A stretch of DNA of 24,347 nucleotides from assembly GCA_049971295.1 (NCBI GenBank), contig JBMFLH010000025.1, forward strand, positions 1,397 through 25,743, in the 5' to 3' direction. The DNA comes from Candidatus Ratteibacteria bacterium (GTDB lineage Bacteria > Ratteibacteria > UBA8468 > B48-G9 > DTJG01). The notes beneath the pieces are model-generated. The model was not told the origin of the DNA and did not search any database. It saw nothing but the letters and a program-made list of their open reading frames with translations. Shown here one piece after another: positions 12,447-21,541 of the stretch. Both the position numbers and the translations under genes were made by a program. Position 1 is the first letter of the stretch; every line of letters starts with the position of its first letter.

Positions 12447-15107
12447 ATGATAGAAGAAGCAAGATACAACGCTGAAAAAATTGAAAAATACTGGTATCAC
12501 AGGTGGGAAGAGGCAGAGTGTTTTCATGTGACGCACCATACTGGAACGCCCTATGTCATTGTTATTCCGCCACCCAATGTTACGGGATACTTGCATATTG
12601 GGCATGCGCTTAACAACACAATCCAGGATATTTTAATACGTTGGAAGAGAATGGCAGGTTTTAATGCTTTGTGGGTACCAGGTACAGACCATGCAGGCAT
12701 TGCAACGCAGAATGTTGTTGAAAAAGAGTTGTTGAAAAAAGGATTGACACGAGAAGCCCTCGGCAGGGAAAAATTTTTGGACCATGTATGGAAGTGGCGC
12801 GATGCATACGGAAATAGAATTATTGAACAATTGAAGCGACTTGGTGCTTCCTGTGACTGGCAAAGAACCTGTTTTACGATGGATCAAAATTTTTCCCGAG
12901 CTGTCCAGACGGTATTTGTGAAGTTGTATGAGAAGGGGCTTATTTACAGAGGGACAAGAATTATAAACTGGTGTCCCAGGTGCACAACAGCGTTGTCAGA
13001 CGAAGAGGTTGAATATAGGGATGAAAACGGATTTCTTTATTACTTGAGATACCCGGTTGAAGGAAACACTTATCTTGTAGTTGCCACAACAAGACCCGAA
13101 ACAATGCTGGGCGATACTGCAGTTGCTGTGAATCCGTCAGATGAAAGATACAAGAATTTTATCGGGAAAATGGTGCGTCTTCCCTTTGTGAACCGCTTGA
13201 TTCCTGTAATACCTGATATCCAGGTTGATATGGAGTTTGGGACAGGGGCAGTGAAGGTTACACCTTCCCATGATCAGGTGGACTATTCCATCGCAAAAAG
13301 ACACAATTTACAGTTTGTGACTGTGATGGATGAAACAGCGAAAATGAATGAAAACGCAGGAATCTTTGCGGGACTTGATAGATTTGAGTGTCGTCGAAAA
13401 ATTATTGAGCAACTGCAACAGCAGGGACTTATTGAAAAGATTGAACCGTATGCATATCGAATTGGTCATTGTTATCGTTGCGATACAATTATAGAACCTT
13501 ACATTTCAAGACAATGGTTTGTTAAGATGAAAGAACTTGCTGATCCCGCCATAAAAGTGGTTTTAGACGGTGGACTGAAATTTTATCCAGAAAGGTGGAC
13601 AAAAGTATATCTTCAATGGCTCTATAATATCCAGGATTGGTGTATCAGTCGTCAGATATGGTGGGGACATAGGATACCTGTATGGTATTGTTCAAATAGC
13701 AATTGCCCACCTATCGTGAGCGTTGAAACACCTGAGAAATGTCCCTGCTGTCATAATAAGAATCTTGTGCAGGATGATGATGTTCTGGATACATGGTTTT
13801 CTTCCTGGTTATGGCCCTTTGCTGTTTTCGGATGGCCAGAAAAAACAAAGGACCTTGAATATTTCTATCCCACCAGTACCCTTGTTACCGCTCAGGAAAT
13901 TTTGTTTTTCTGGGTTGCAAGGATGGTAATGGCTGGTTTTGAATTTATGGGAGAAAAACCTTTTGAATCAGTATATATTCACGGCACAGTGCGAGATGAA
14001 ACAGGAAGAAAGATGAGTAAATCTCTTGGTAATGCCGTGGATCCCCTTGAAATCATTGATGAGGTTGGAGCTGATGCTTTACGGTTCAGCTTGATTTCAT
14101 TAACTTCTTTTGGACAGGACGTATTTTTGCCTGCAAAATTTCACTACAAAGGGAGAAATTTCATTAACAAAATATGGAATTCATTTAGATATCTTGAAAT
14201 GCTCGTGGAAAAGACCAATTGCAAAATGGTCTCTGTTGAGATCGTACAGGACTTTTTTCAAGATCTTGAACTTGCTGAAAAATGGATTCTTACTTTGCTT
14301 AACAGCACGATAAGTCATGTTAGTAAGTGTTTGGAAGAATTTAAATTTAACGAGGCAGCCGATTCTTTATACGAATTTTTCTGGCACCAGTACTGTGATT
14401 GGTATGTGGAACTGACTAAGATGTATTCTGAAAAAGATCAGTACCTTGTGTCAAGAATTATTCCTGTTATGGTTTTTGTGATGATAAGAATATTGAAGTT
14501 GCTCCATCCGTTTGTTCCATTTATCACTGAAGAACTTTGGCATAGATTGAAAAACATCACGTACACAGATGATCAGTTTATAACAAAAAGTGCCTGGCCA
14601 ACTGTTGATGTCAGGTTTGAGTTTTCTGAAGCTGTGATGCAGATGAATGAGATTAAGAAACTTGTGACAGAAATCAGAGATATAAAAACAACGTTCAAAA
14701 TACCGATTACAAGTAATATTGAAGCCGTTTATTATGGAATTTCATTGCTTGATCTGGACGAGGCGAGACACAAAATTGAATTTCTTTCAAAAACAGTATT
14801 TTTGCGTGACCACGAAGCAAACAGACATTCAGAAGATGTACTTGTTCGCGCCTGGAATGAAGGATGGTTTGCATTAAAAGTAAAGGGTTTGCTGGACATT
14901 GATGCAGAAAAGAGCAAGATGTTGAAAGAAAAGGATAAAATTTCAAAAATTTTGGCTTCCACAGAAAAGAAATTATCAAATCCTAATTTTCTTCAACATG
15001 CTCCAGCAGATGTGATTGAAAAGACAAAAAATCTTCGTGATAATCTTGCTGCTGAACTGATAAGAATAGAGAAAAATCTTCAACTTTTAACCAGGGAGAA
15101 AAGATGA
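12447..15107 (+). CDS. valS: Valine--tRNA ligase
   Basis: PPPNVTGYLHIGH, GTDHAGIATQ, TTRPETMLGD, DWCISRQIWWGHRIP, DVLDTWFSS, KMSKSLGN and a C-terminal coiled coil (NPNFLQHAP.DVIE). Confidence 0.98.
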   Translation: MIEEARYNAEKIEKYWYHRWEEAECFHVTHHTGTPYVIVIPPPNVTGYLHIGHALNNTIQDILIRWKRMAGFNALWVPGTDHAGIATQNVVEKELLKKGLTREALGREKFLDHVWKWRDAYGNRIIEQLKRLGASCDWQRTCFTMDQNFSRAVQTVFVKLYEKGLIYRGTRIINWCPRCTTALSDEEVEYRDENGFLYYLRYPVEGNTYLVVATTRPETMLGDTAVAVNPSDERYKNFIGKMVRLPFVNRLIPVIPDIQVDMEFGTGAVKVTPSHDQVDYSIAKRHNLQFVTVMDETAKMNENAGIFAGLDRFECRRKIIEQLQQQGLIEKIEPYAYRIGHCYRCDTIIEPYISRQWFVKMKELADPAIKVVLDGGLKFYPERWTKVYLQWLYNIQDWCISRQIWWGHRIPVWYCSNSNCPPIVSVETPEKCPCCHNKNLVQDDDVLDTWFSSWLWPFAVFGWPEKTKDLEYFYPTSTLVTAQEILFFWVARMVMAGFEFMGEKPFESVYIHGTVRDETGRKMSKSLGNAVDPLEIIDEVGADALRFSLISLTSFGQDVFLPAKFHYKGRNFINKIWNSFRYLEMLVEKTNCKMVSVEIVQDFFQDLELAEKWILTLLNSTISHVSKCLEEFKFNEAADSLYEFFWHQYCDWYVELTKMYSEKDQYLVSRIIPVMVFVMIRILKLLHPFVPFITEELWHRLKNITYTDDQFITKSAWPTVDVRFEFSEAVMQMNEIKKLVTEIRDIKTTFKIPITSNIEAVYYGISLLDLDEARHKIEFLSKTVFLRDHEANRHSEDVLVRAWNEGWFALKVKGLLDIDAEKSKMLKEKDKISKILASTEKKLSNPNFLQHAPADVIEKTKNLRDNLAAELIRIEKNLQLLTREKR

Positions 15108-15430
15108 AAGCAATTATTGGATTGAGTGGTAAACAATTTTGTGTGAAAGAGGGCGATATGTTTGAAGTATTCAAACTTCCTCATCATAAAGGAAATCAAT
15201 TTACAATACAGGAGGTTCTTGCAATTGAAAAAGAAGGGTCTTTGATTACAGATAAAGATGTTGTTAAAAATTGTAGTGTTATTGCTGAAGTTGTTGATGA
15301 GAAAAAGGGTAAAAAAATTTATGTTTTCAAGAAAAAGAAAAAAACAGGATATTCAAGAAAAATAGGGCACAGGGATATGCTTTCTATTGTAAAAATAGTC
15401 AAAATTCAGGCACCCAATGCAGCATCATAA
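15104..15430 (+). CDS. rplU: 50S ribosomal protein L21
   Basis: AII...GKQF.V.EGD and KGKKI.VFK.KKKTGY.RKIGHR. ATGA overlap with valS. Confidence 0.93.
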   Translation: MKAIIGLSGKQFCVKEGDMFEVFKLPHHKGNQFTIQEVLAIEKEGSLITDKDVVKNCSVIAEVVDEKKGKKIYVFKKKKKTGYSRKIGHRDMLSIVKIVKIQAPNAAS

Positions 15431-16547
15431 TATTTTAACCGGCAAAGACATTGCTGGCAAAAGAGCACTTGTCATTTCCTTCAAGGAAAAATCTGTTGAC
15501 AATGAAGATGAAAATTTAAAAGAGCTTGAATCTCTCGCCTCTACTCTCGGATTGAATGTTGCAAAATCTTTGCTGGTGAGGCATCCAGACCCTGTTCATC
15601 CTGCTACTTACATTGGAAAAGGGAAAATTGAAGAAATTTCTAAATTTATTCACGAAGCAACCTGTGACGTAGTAATTTTTGAAAAAGAGCTTACACCTGT
15701 TCAGCAGAGAAATCTTGAAGAATCCTTTGGTGTGGCTGTTATTGATAGAACAGTGCTGATATTGTTAATTTTTGGAAAGCATGCCCATACTCTTGAAGGA
15801 AAATTGCAAGTTGAACTTGCGCAGATGACCTATCTTTTACCGCGACTGGCCGGTTCTTCAGGACGACTTTCGCGACTTGGTGGAACAATCGGGACAAGAG
15901 GACCAGGAGAACAAAAACTTGAAGTTTATAGAAGAAGGGCAAGGGAAAGAATCAGATTGTTGAACACAAGGATAAATGAGATAGAAAAACATAGAGGTAT
16001 CATACGTGAGACAAGACAGAAAAAAAGTTTACCTGTGGCTGCGATTGTGGGTTACACAAATGCCGGCAAAAGTACGCTTCTCAATGCATTGACTCACAAA
16101 CAGGATGCTCTGGTTGACAATAAATTATTTGCAACACTTGACCCTCTTACCAGAATTGTTTTTCTTGAAGACAGAACTTTTTGTTTGATTTCTGACACTG
16201 TGGGTCTTCTTTCTTCTTTGCCACATCATCTCATTGCAGCTTTCAGGGCAACTCTTGAGGAATTAAAGTATGCCCAGCTTTTGATCTGTCTTATTGATGC
16301 ATCGGGTTTCAGCATTGAAAAACAAATCAATACAATTGATAACGTTCTTGAAACCATGGAAATACAGCATAAACCAAGAATTAATGTGTTTAACAAAATT
16401 GACTTGATAGACGAAACAGAAATAAGTTTTCTTGAAAAAAATTATCCTGGTTCAATTTTTATTTCAGCAAAGACCGGTGCAGGACTTTATGAATTGAAAT
16501 GTGCGATTAAGGAAATTTTGAGGGAATATGTTCATTTCAGAAAATGA
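15417..16547 (+). CDS. hflX: Ribosome-splitting GTPase HflX
   Basis: TYIGKGK, LTPVQQRNLE, IDRT.LIL.IF..HA.T.EGKLQVELAQ, RGPGE, G1 GYTNAGKST, FATLD, DTVG, NKID and ISA. Confidence 0.96.
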   Translation: MQHHNILTGKDIAGKRALVISFKEKSVDNEDENLKELESLASTLGLNVAKSLLVRHPDPVHPATYIGKGKIEEISKFIHEATCDVVIFEKELTPVQQRNLEESFGVAVIDRTVLILLIFGKHAHTLEGKLQVELAQMTYLLPRLAGSSGRLSRLGGTIGTRGPGEQKLEVYRRRARERIRLLNTRINEIEKHRGIIRETRQKKSLPVAAIVGYTNAGKSTLLNALTHKQDALVDNKLFATLDPLTRIVFLEDRTFCLISDTVGLLSSLPHHLIAAFRATLEELKYAQLLICLIDASGFSIEKQINTIDNVLETMEIQHKPRINVFNKIDLIDETEISFLEKNYPGSIFISAKTGAGLYELKCAIKEILREYVHFRK

Positions 16548-17520
16548 TAGAAGAATCGTTCGTAAAATCTGTGATGAGATAGTCAAACATGATAGTTTTT
16601 TTCTTACCACCCATCAGGTTCCTGATGGTGATGGACTTGGGTGCGAACTTGCTTTTTCCATTGTTTTACGTAAACTTGGGAAACAAACGATTATTGTAAA
16701 TGAAATGCTCCCTTCAGCAATCTATAGTTTCTTATCCGGTTATTCAGACATCCAGAGGATTGAAAAATATCAGGAAATAAAATTAACTCCGGATGTCGCT
16801 ATTGTTTTTGATTGCAGTAACAAAGATAGAATAGGCAGGCCATTATATCTTATACCTGAATCTGTTGTAATGATCAATATAGACCATCATCAGGGTAATA
16901 CTCAATTTGGACATATTAACTGGATTTGTGAAAGTTGTTCATCTGTTGGCGAAATGTGTTTCTTTATACTGGAGGAACTGAACTGTATTGATAAAGAAGT
17001 TGCAGAATGTTTATATGTCGCAATTTTGACGGATACGGGTTCGTTTAAACATCATTTTGATACCAGAACAATCAGAATTGTTGAAAAATTATTAAGTACC
17101 GGAATAAATCCAGAAAGTATTGCAGACCATATTTATCATAGTTATCCGGTTTCAACCCTGAAATTACTGGGACACGCTCTTATATTGCTTCAATACGATA
17201 TGGATTTGCGTACTGCCTGGACTGTTCTTGACGAACAGATGTTGGTGAAAACAGGTGCCTTTGAACAGGATGCAGAGATTATTGTTGACACGTTACGTTC
17301 CATTGGTAATGTTGACTTTGTTTTTCTTGTAAAAGAAAGAAAAAACGAAATTAAGTTCAGCTTACGCAGCAAAAAGGATTTCAATGTTCGCGTGATTGCT
17401 GAGAAGTTTGGCGGAGGCGGACATGATGGTGCAGCTGGATTTTCAATGACTGGTATCACACTGACAGATGCTGTCGAAAAGTTTTTACGATATCTGAAAA
17501 AACATCATTCTAAAAGGTAG
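16528..17520 (+). CDS. nrnA: DHH/DHHA1 bifunctional oligoribonuclease/pAp phosphatase
   Basis: H..PDGDG.G, FDC, IDHH, TDTGSF, SLRS and GGGGH..AAG. Confidence 0.9.
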   Translation: MFISENDRRIVRKICDEIVKHDSFFLTTHQVPDGDGLGCELAFSIVLRKLGKQTIIVNEMLPSAIYSFLSGYSDIQRIEKYQEIKLTPDVAIVFDCSNKDRIGRPLYLIPESVVMINIDHHQGNTQFGHINWICESCSSVGEMCFFILEELNCIDKEVAECLYVAILTDTGSFKHHFDTRTIRIVEKLLSTGINPESIADHIYHSYPVSTLKLLGHALILLQYDMDLRTAWTVLDEQMLVKTGAFEQDAEIIVDTLRSIGNVDFVFLVKERKNEIKFSLRSKKDFNVRVIAEKFGGGGHDGAAGFSMTGITLTDAVEKFLRYLKKHHSKR

Positions 17521-17527
17521 ATTGAAA

Positions 17528-18226
17528 ATGGATACACATCTTGATGGATTTTTGAATATTAATAAACCGTCAGGAATGACATCGTATGACGTGATCAGAT
17601 TTATAAAAAAAATACCGGGGTTTAAGTCCAGAATTGGGCATACAGGAACACTTGATCCTCTTGCTTCTGGCGTTCTTGTCGTGTGTATCGGTCGGGCGAC
17701 AAGGAAGGCAGGCAAGTTTTTAGCCATGGAGAAAGAATATTTGGCAACATTGCTTCTTGGCATTACAACTGATACAGACGATATTCAGGGAAAAGTCCTT
17801 GAATCATCACAGATTAATCCAGAGGCAATAGACGAACGACAGATTTATAAAACAATTCGTTCCTTTTCTGGTGAGATTGAACAGGTTCCTCCCAGTGTTT
17901 CAGCATTACGAAAACAGGGCGTACGACTTTATAAGCTTCACAGGCAGGGTAGACCAGTGATTCCTGAACCGCGAAAGGTTTTTATTTATGAAATAGAAGT
18001 AAAAAAGATAGAAATTCCGAGGATTGTTTTCAGGGTAGTGTGTTCAAGGGGTACATATATCAGAGCACTATGCAGAGATATTGGAAAAAAGCTTGGATAT
18101 GGAGCTGTTCAAGAATCCTTAATAAGATTACGGGTTGGGAAATTCACAATCGAGAATGCCGTTGAATTAAGACAATTGAACGAAAAAAACTTGCAGAAAT
18201 ACATTATACCTTCTTCTGAAGTATAA
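17528..18226 (+). CDS. truB: tRNA pseudouridine(55) synthase, short form without C-terminal PUA domain
   Basis: NKPSGMTSYD, GHTGTLDPLASGVL, KEY, TDTDD, QVPP..SA and CSRGTYIRAL. Start is ATG17528 or TTG17522. Confidence 0.95.
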   Translation: MDTHLDGFLNINKPSGMTSYDVIRFIKKIPGFKSRIGHTGTLDPLASGVLVVCIGRATRKAGKFLAMEKEYLATLLLGITTDTDDIQGKVLESSQINPEAIDERQIYKTIRSFSGEIEQVPPSVSALRKQGVRLYKLHRQGRPVIPEPRKVFIYEIEVKKIEIPRIVFRVVCSRGTYIRALCRDIGKKLGYGAVQESLIRLRVGKFTIENAVELRQLNEKNLQKYIIPSSEV

Positions 18227-18227
18227 G

Positions 18228-19577
18228 ATGAACAAGTTGATCATCAGCGCTTCGGGTATCAGAGGGATTTACGGGGATTCTTTAACGGAAAATATCGCTA
18301 CCTGTGCTGGCATGGCGTTTGGATTGTGGACGGATGCAAGAAACGTTGTGGTTGGAAGAGATACCAGGCTCACTGGAAGCTTACTTATGAAGTTCTTCAT
18401 GGCAGGAGTTCTATCTACTGGAAGGCAGGTTTTTGATTGCGGTATTGTTCCGACTCCGGCATTGACATGGTTTGTTGAGAAACATCATAATTTTTGTGGT
18501 GCTGTAATTACTGCCAGTCATAATCCAGTTGAATACAATGGAATAAAATTGATCAGCCCATCAGGCACTTTCCTTAATTCGGATGAGTTCAAAACCTTTT
18601 TTAATATTTATCAAAAGGTTAGTGGAAAAGGAATTAAAAGCAAAAATGATATTGTAAATAAAAAAGAATTGATGGACGAATTTTTTTCCTGTCTTTTCAA
18701 TTTTATAGATGTCTCGGCGATAAGAAAGAAAAGATTCAGGGTTGTTGTTGATCCGGTTCAGGGAGCAGGCGCTCTATATTCAAAAAATTTTCTTGAAATG
18801 CTTGGATGTGAAACAAAAATTATTAACGAAAGCCCATTGGGTAAATTTTCTCATCATCCTGAACCTGTTCCATCCCATCTTAGAAAACTCTCATATATTG
18901 TAAGGGATGAAAATGCTGACATAGGATTTGCTCAGGATCCAGATTGTGATCGGCTGGTGCTGGTTGAAAAAGGAGGGAAATTTATTAGTGAGGAGCAGGG
19001 GCTTGCAATTTCAATTCAATGGATGCTTCAGAGAAAAAAGGGACCTGTTGTTGTAAATATTGCCACAACAAAACTTATTGACGATATATGCGCGAAATTT
19101 CAAACACAGCTATTCAGAACAAAAGTAGGGGAAGTGTTTGTTGTTGAAGAAATGAAAAAAGTTGGTGCTGTTGCCGGTGGAGAAGGTAATGGCGGAATCA
19201 TATTACCTGAATTTCATTATGGTCGTGATAGTTACATTGGTATGGGATTAATTCTGGAAATGATGGCAAAAACTTCGTTATCTTTATCAGAAATTCTTGG
19301 AAAATTACCTCGATACAAATTTATTAAAAGAAAAATTGAATTTCCTAAAGAGCGTATTGAATGGTTGTACAAATCTATTGAAAAAGAATTTTCAGAAGGT
19401 CGCATTAGTTACCTGGATGGATTAAGAATTGATTTTGACGATGTGTGGTTTGGAATAAGAAGTTCTGGAACCGAACCAGTGATAAGAATTTTCGTTGAGG
19501 GCAAAAAGCAGAGCAGGATTTACCAGATTATTAATCTGATTGAACGATATATTACCTCTTTCGGTAAAAATTCTTGA
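18228..19577 (+). CDS. Alpha-D-phosphohexomutase (phosphomannomutase/phosphoglucosamine mutase family)
   Basis: SGIRG, GRDTR, phosphoserine loop TASHNP, metal loop DPDCDR, sugar loop GEGNGG and RSSGTEP. Substrate specificity cannot be resolved. Confidence 0.92.
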   Translation: MNKLIISASGIRGIYGDSLTENIATCAGMAFGLWTDARNVVVGRDTRLTGSLLMKFFMAGVLSTGRQVFDCGIVPTPALTWFVEKHHNFCGAVITASHNPVEYNGIKLISPSGTFLNSDEFKTFFNIYQKVSGKGIKSKNDIVNKKELMDEFFSCLFNFIDVSAIRKKRFRVVVDPVQGAGALYSKNFLEMLGCETKIINESPLGKFSHHPEPVPSHLRKLSYIVRDENADIGFAQDPDCDRLVLVEKGGKFISEEQGLAISIQWMLQRKKGPVVVNIATTKLIDDICAKFQTQLFRTKVGEVFVVEEMKKVGAVAGGEGNGGIILPEFHYGRDSYIGMGLILEMMAKTSLSLSEILGKLPRYKFIKRKIEFPKERIEWLYKSIEKEFSEGRISYLDGLRIDFDDVWFGIRSSGTEPVIRIFVEGKKQSRIYQIINLIERYITSFGKNS

Positions 19578-20193
19578 TAATTTTCAAGACCTCTTCAGCA
19601 GTGTCCACCATATTAATGATTTTCAGATCTTGTTCATCAATGTACGATTGCTTTACAAGAAAATTTTTCATCCAATCAACCAGAGGTTCCCAGTGATTCC
19701 TGTTAACAAGTATTACTGGAAATTTTTCAACTCTGCCTGTTTGAACCAATGTAATAGCTTCTGTAAATTCGTCAAGAGTTCCAAATCCGCCTGGAAATAC
19801 CACAAATCCTTTTGCATATTTAACAAACATTACCTTTCTTACAAAAAAATACCGAAACGTAATAAGTTGGGAAATATATTTATTTGGTTTTTGTTCGTAT
19901 GGCAATTCTATGTTCAACCCGATGGATTGTCCACCTGCCTCAAAAGCGCCCTTATTTGCGGCTTCCATGATACCTGGTCCACCGCCTGTAATTATAGCAT
20001 ATCCGTTTTTTGCCAGAAGCCTTCCAAGTTTTTCTGCTTCTTTGTACCAGTGATCGTCTGAGGAAACTCTGGCAGAACCCCAGATAGTAACTGCTTTTCT
20101 TACATTTTCAAAGATCTCAAAGCCATCAACAAACTCTGCCATGATTCTGAAAATTCTCCATGATTCCTCGTGATATGCCTCTTTATTTTTCAT
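19552..20193 (-). CDS. LOG family nucleotide monophosphate phosphoribohydrolase (TIGR00730-like)
   Basis: GSAR, TGGGPGIMEAAN.GA, GLNIELP.EQ.PN, FFVRKVMF and PGGFGTLDE. Confidence 0.93.
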   Translation of the reverse strand: MKNKEAYHEESWRIFRIMAEFVDGFEIFENVRKAVTIWGSARVSSDDHWYKEAEKLGRLLAKNGYAIITGGGPGIMEAANKGAFEAGGQSIGLNIELPYEQKPNKYISQLITFRYFFVRKVMFVKYAKGFVVFPGGFGTLDEFTEAITLVQTGRVEKFPVILVNRNHWEPLVDWMKNFLVKQSYIDEQDLKIINMVDTAEEVLKIIKNFYRKR

Positions 20194-21541
20194 TGTTTTC
20201 CTTTACTTCTTCAACAACAATTGTCATACCATCAAGTTCTTTTACACGGACTTTTGTTTGTGCGGGAATTTCTTTTCCATGACTTATTGCTTTCCAATAT
20301 TCTCCGTGGACAAAAACTGTGCCTTCTGGTTTCAAGTCAGTAATGGTTTTACCTATTTCACCAATAATGCCTTCTTTCCCTGTTGTGACTTTTCTGGTAC
20401 GAGTGCGTTTTACAAGCACCAATAACCCCGTAATAAGAATTACCATTATTGAGTAGATTAGCACAAGAACAGCTGCAGAAGAATGAAACTCACTCTGAGG
20501 CGAACGGAAAAATAAATATGTTCCAAGTCCCACGGCAATGAATCCTCCTATCGCGAATATACCAAATCCTGGAGCTGCTATTTCCAATAAAAGTAATATC
20601 AAACCTGTTACTATCAGTAAAATTCCTGCGATACTCTGAGTGAAAGTTTGAAATGCAAACATAGAAAGGATAAGGCAAATTGTACCCACCACCCCTGGTA
20701 CAGCAAAGCCAGGATGAGAAAATTCAATAATAATACCCAGTATTCCTATCGTCATAAGAAGATATGCAACAGTAGGATCGCCTATGGTATTGAGCAGCTT
20801 TTCTCCAAAGCTTTCGGTAATCTGTTCAGCAGGCATGCTTTTTGTATCCAGTATTACAATTTTTCCTGAAGCAAGTTTCACCTGTCTTTGGTGAAGTTTA
20901 TTGATGAGATCTTCAATATCTGTGGCGATGAAATCAGCAACATTGATTTTTACTGCTTCCTCAGCAGTTGTTGAAATGCTTTCTCTGACTGCTTTTTCTG
21001 CCCATTTTTCATTTCTGCCGGTATGATAACAGATACTTTTGATAAAACTTACAGTATCATTGATAACCTTTTCCTCCATGGTTTTATCCATTTCTTTTCC
21101 TATGCTTACTGGATGAGCTGCTCCGATATTTGTTGCAGGAGCCATGGCAACAATGTGACAGGAAAGTGCGATAAATGTCCCTGCTGAAGCGCACTGTGCT
21201 CCTCGAGGAGCAACATAGCATACGACAGGTATTTCTGAGTTTAGAATTTCCTGGACTATTTTTCTTGTTGAAGCAAGAAGACCACCGGGTGTGTCCATCA
21301 TAAGAATCAGGCACTGTCCATTCTGTTTTTTAATATTTGAAATGGCTCTTTTTATCTTATAATAAACAACTGGATTGATTGTTCCATCGATTGTCAAAAC
21401 ATAAACATTTCTGTTCAACGACTTTGCGCCCTCAGTATTCCCTGATGCAAATCCAAGAATCACCAGACAGCAAATTAAAGCACGAGTATATCTGGCCTTG
21501 AAATGCATGTTCCTTCTATTTCTATTTCTATTTTTGGCCAT
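20183..21541 (-). CDS. nfeD: Long-form NfeD membrane-bound ClpP-class serine protease
   Basis: Signal-like N-terminus, MDTPGGL, ASAGTFI (catalytic Ser), MAPATNIGAAHPV, EKVIND (Lys), TM bundle and C-terminal OB fold (PEGTVFVHGEYWKA). Start is 21541 (GAGG upstream) or 21508. Confidence 0.92.
   Translation of the reverse strand: MAKNRNRNRRNMHFKARYTRALICCLVILGFASGNTEGAKSLNRNVYVLTIDGTINPVVYYKIKRAISNIKKQNGQCLILMMDTPGGLLASTRKIVQEILNSEIPVVCYVAPRGAQCASAGTFIALSCHIVAMAPATNIGAAHPVSIGKEMDKTMEEKVINDTVSFIKSICYHTGRNEKWAEKAVRESISTTAEEAVKINVADFIATDIEDLINKLHQRQVKLASGKIVILDTKSMPAEQITESFGEKLLNTIGDPTVAYLLMTIGILGIIIEFSHPGFAVPGVVGTICLILSMFAFQTFTQSIAGILLIVTGLILLLLEIAAPGFGIFAIGGFIAVGLGTYLFFRSPQSEFHSSAAVLVLIYSIMVILITGLLVLVKRTRTRKVTTGKEGIIGEIGKTITDLKPEGTVFVHGEYWKAISHGKEIPAQTKVRVKELDGMTIVVEEVKENNEK

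Noticed and set aside
12440..12449. TGATATAAT extended -10 lookalike before valS
   Set aside because: It overlaps the DUF503 stop and the valS ATG itself. A GAGGA Shine-Dalgarno explains the junction.
17528..18226. Short truB as a pseudogene
   Set aside because: The catalytic domain is complete and PUA-less TruB proteins are common.
19540..20061. 173 aa + strand ORF
   Set aside because: Antisense shadow of the well-supported LOG gene, with no recognisable motifs.
19552..20193. LOG/SLOG protein as part of an anti-phage system
   Set aside because: Standard stand-alone LOG with no TIR, sirtuin or effector neighbours.
21514..21531. (TTCTAT)x3 microrepeat giving NRNRNRR / IEIEIE
   Set aside because: Too short, and explained by the coding sequence of the M24 C-terminus.
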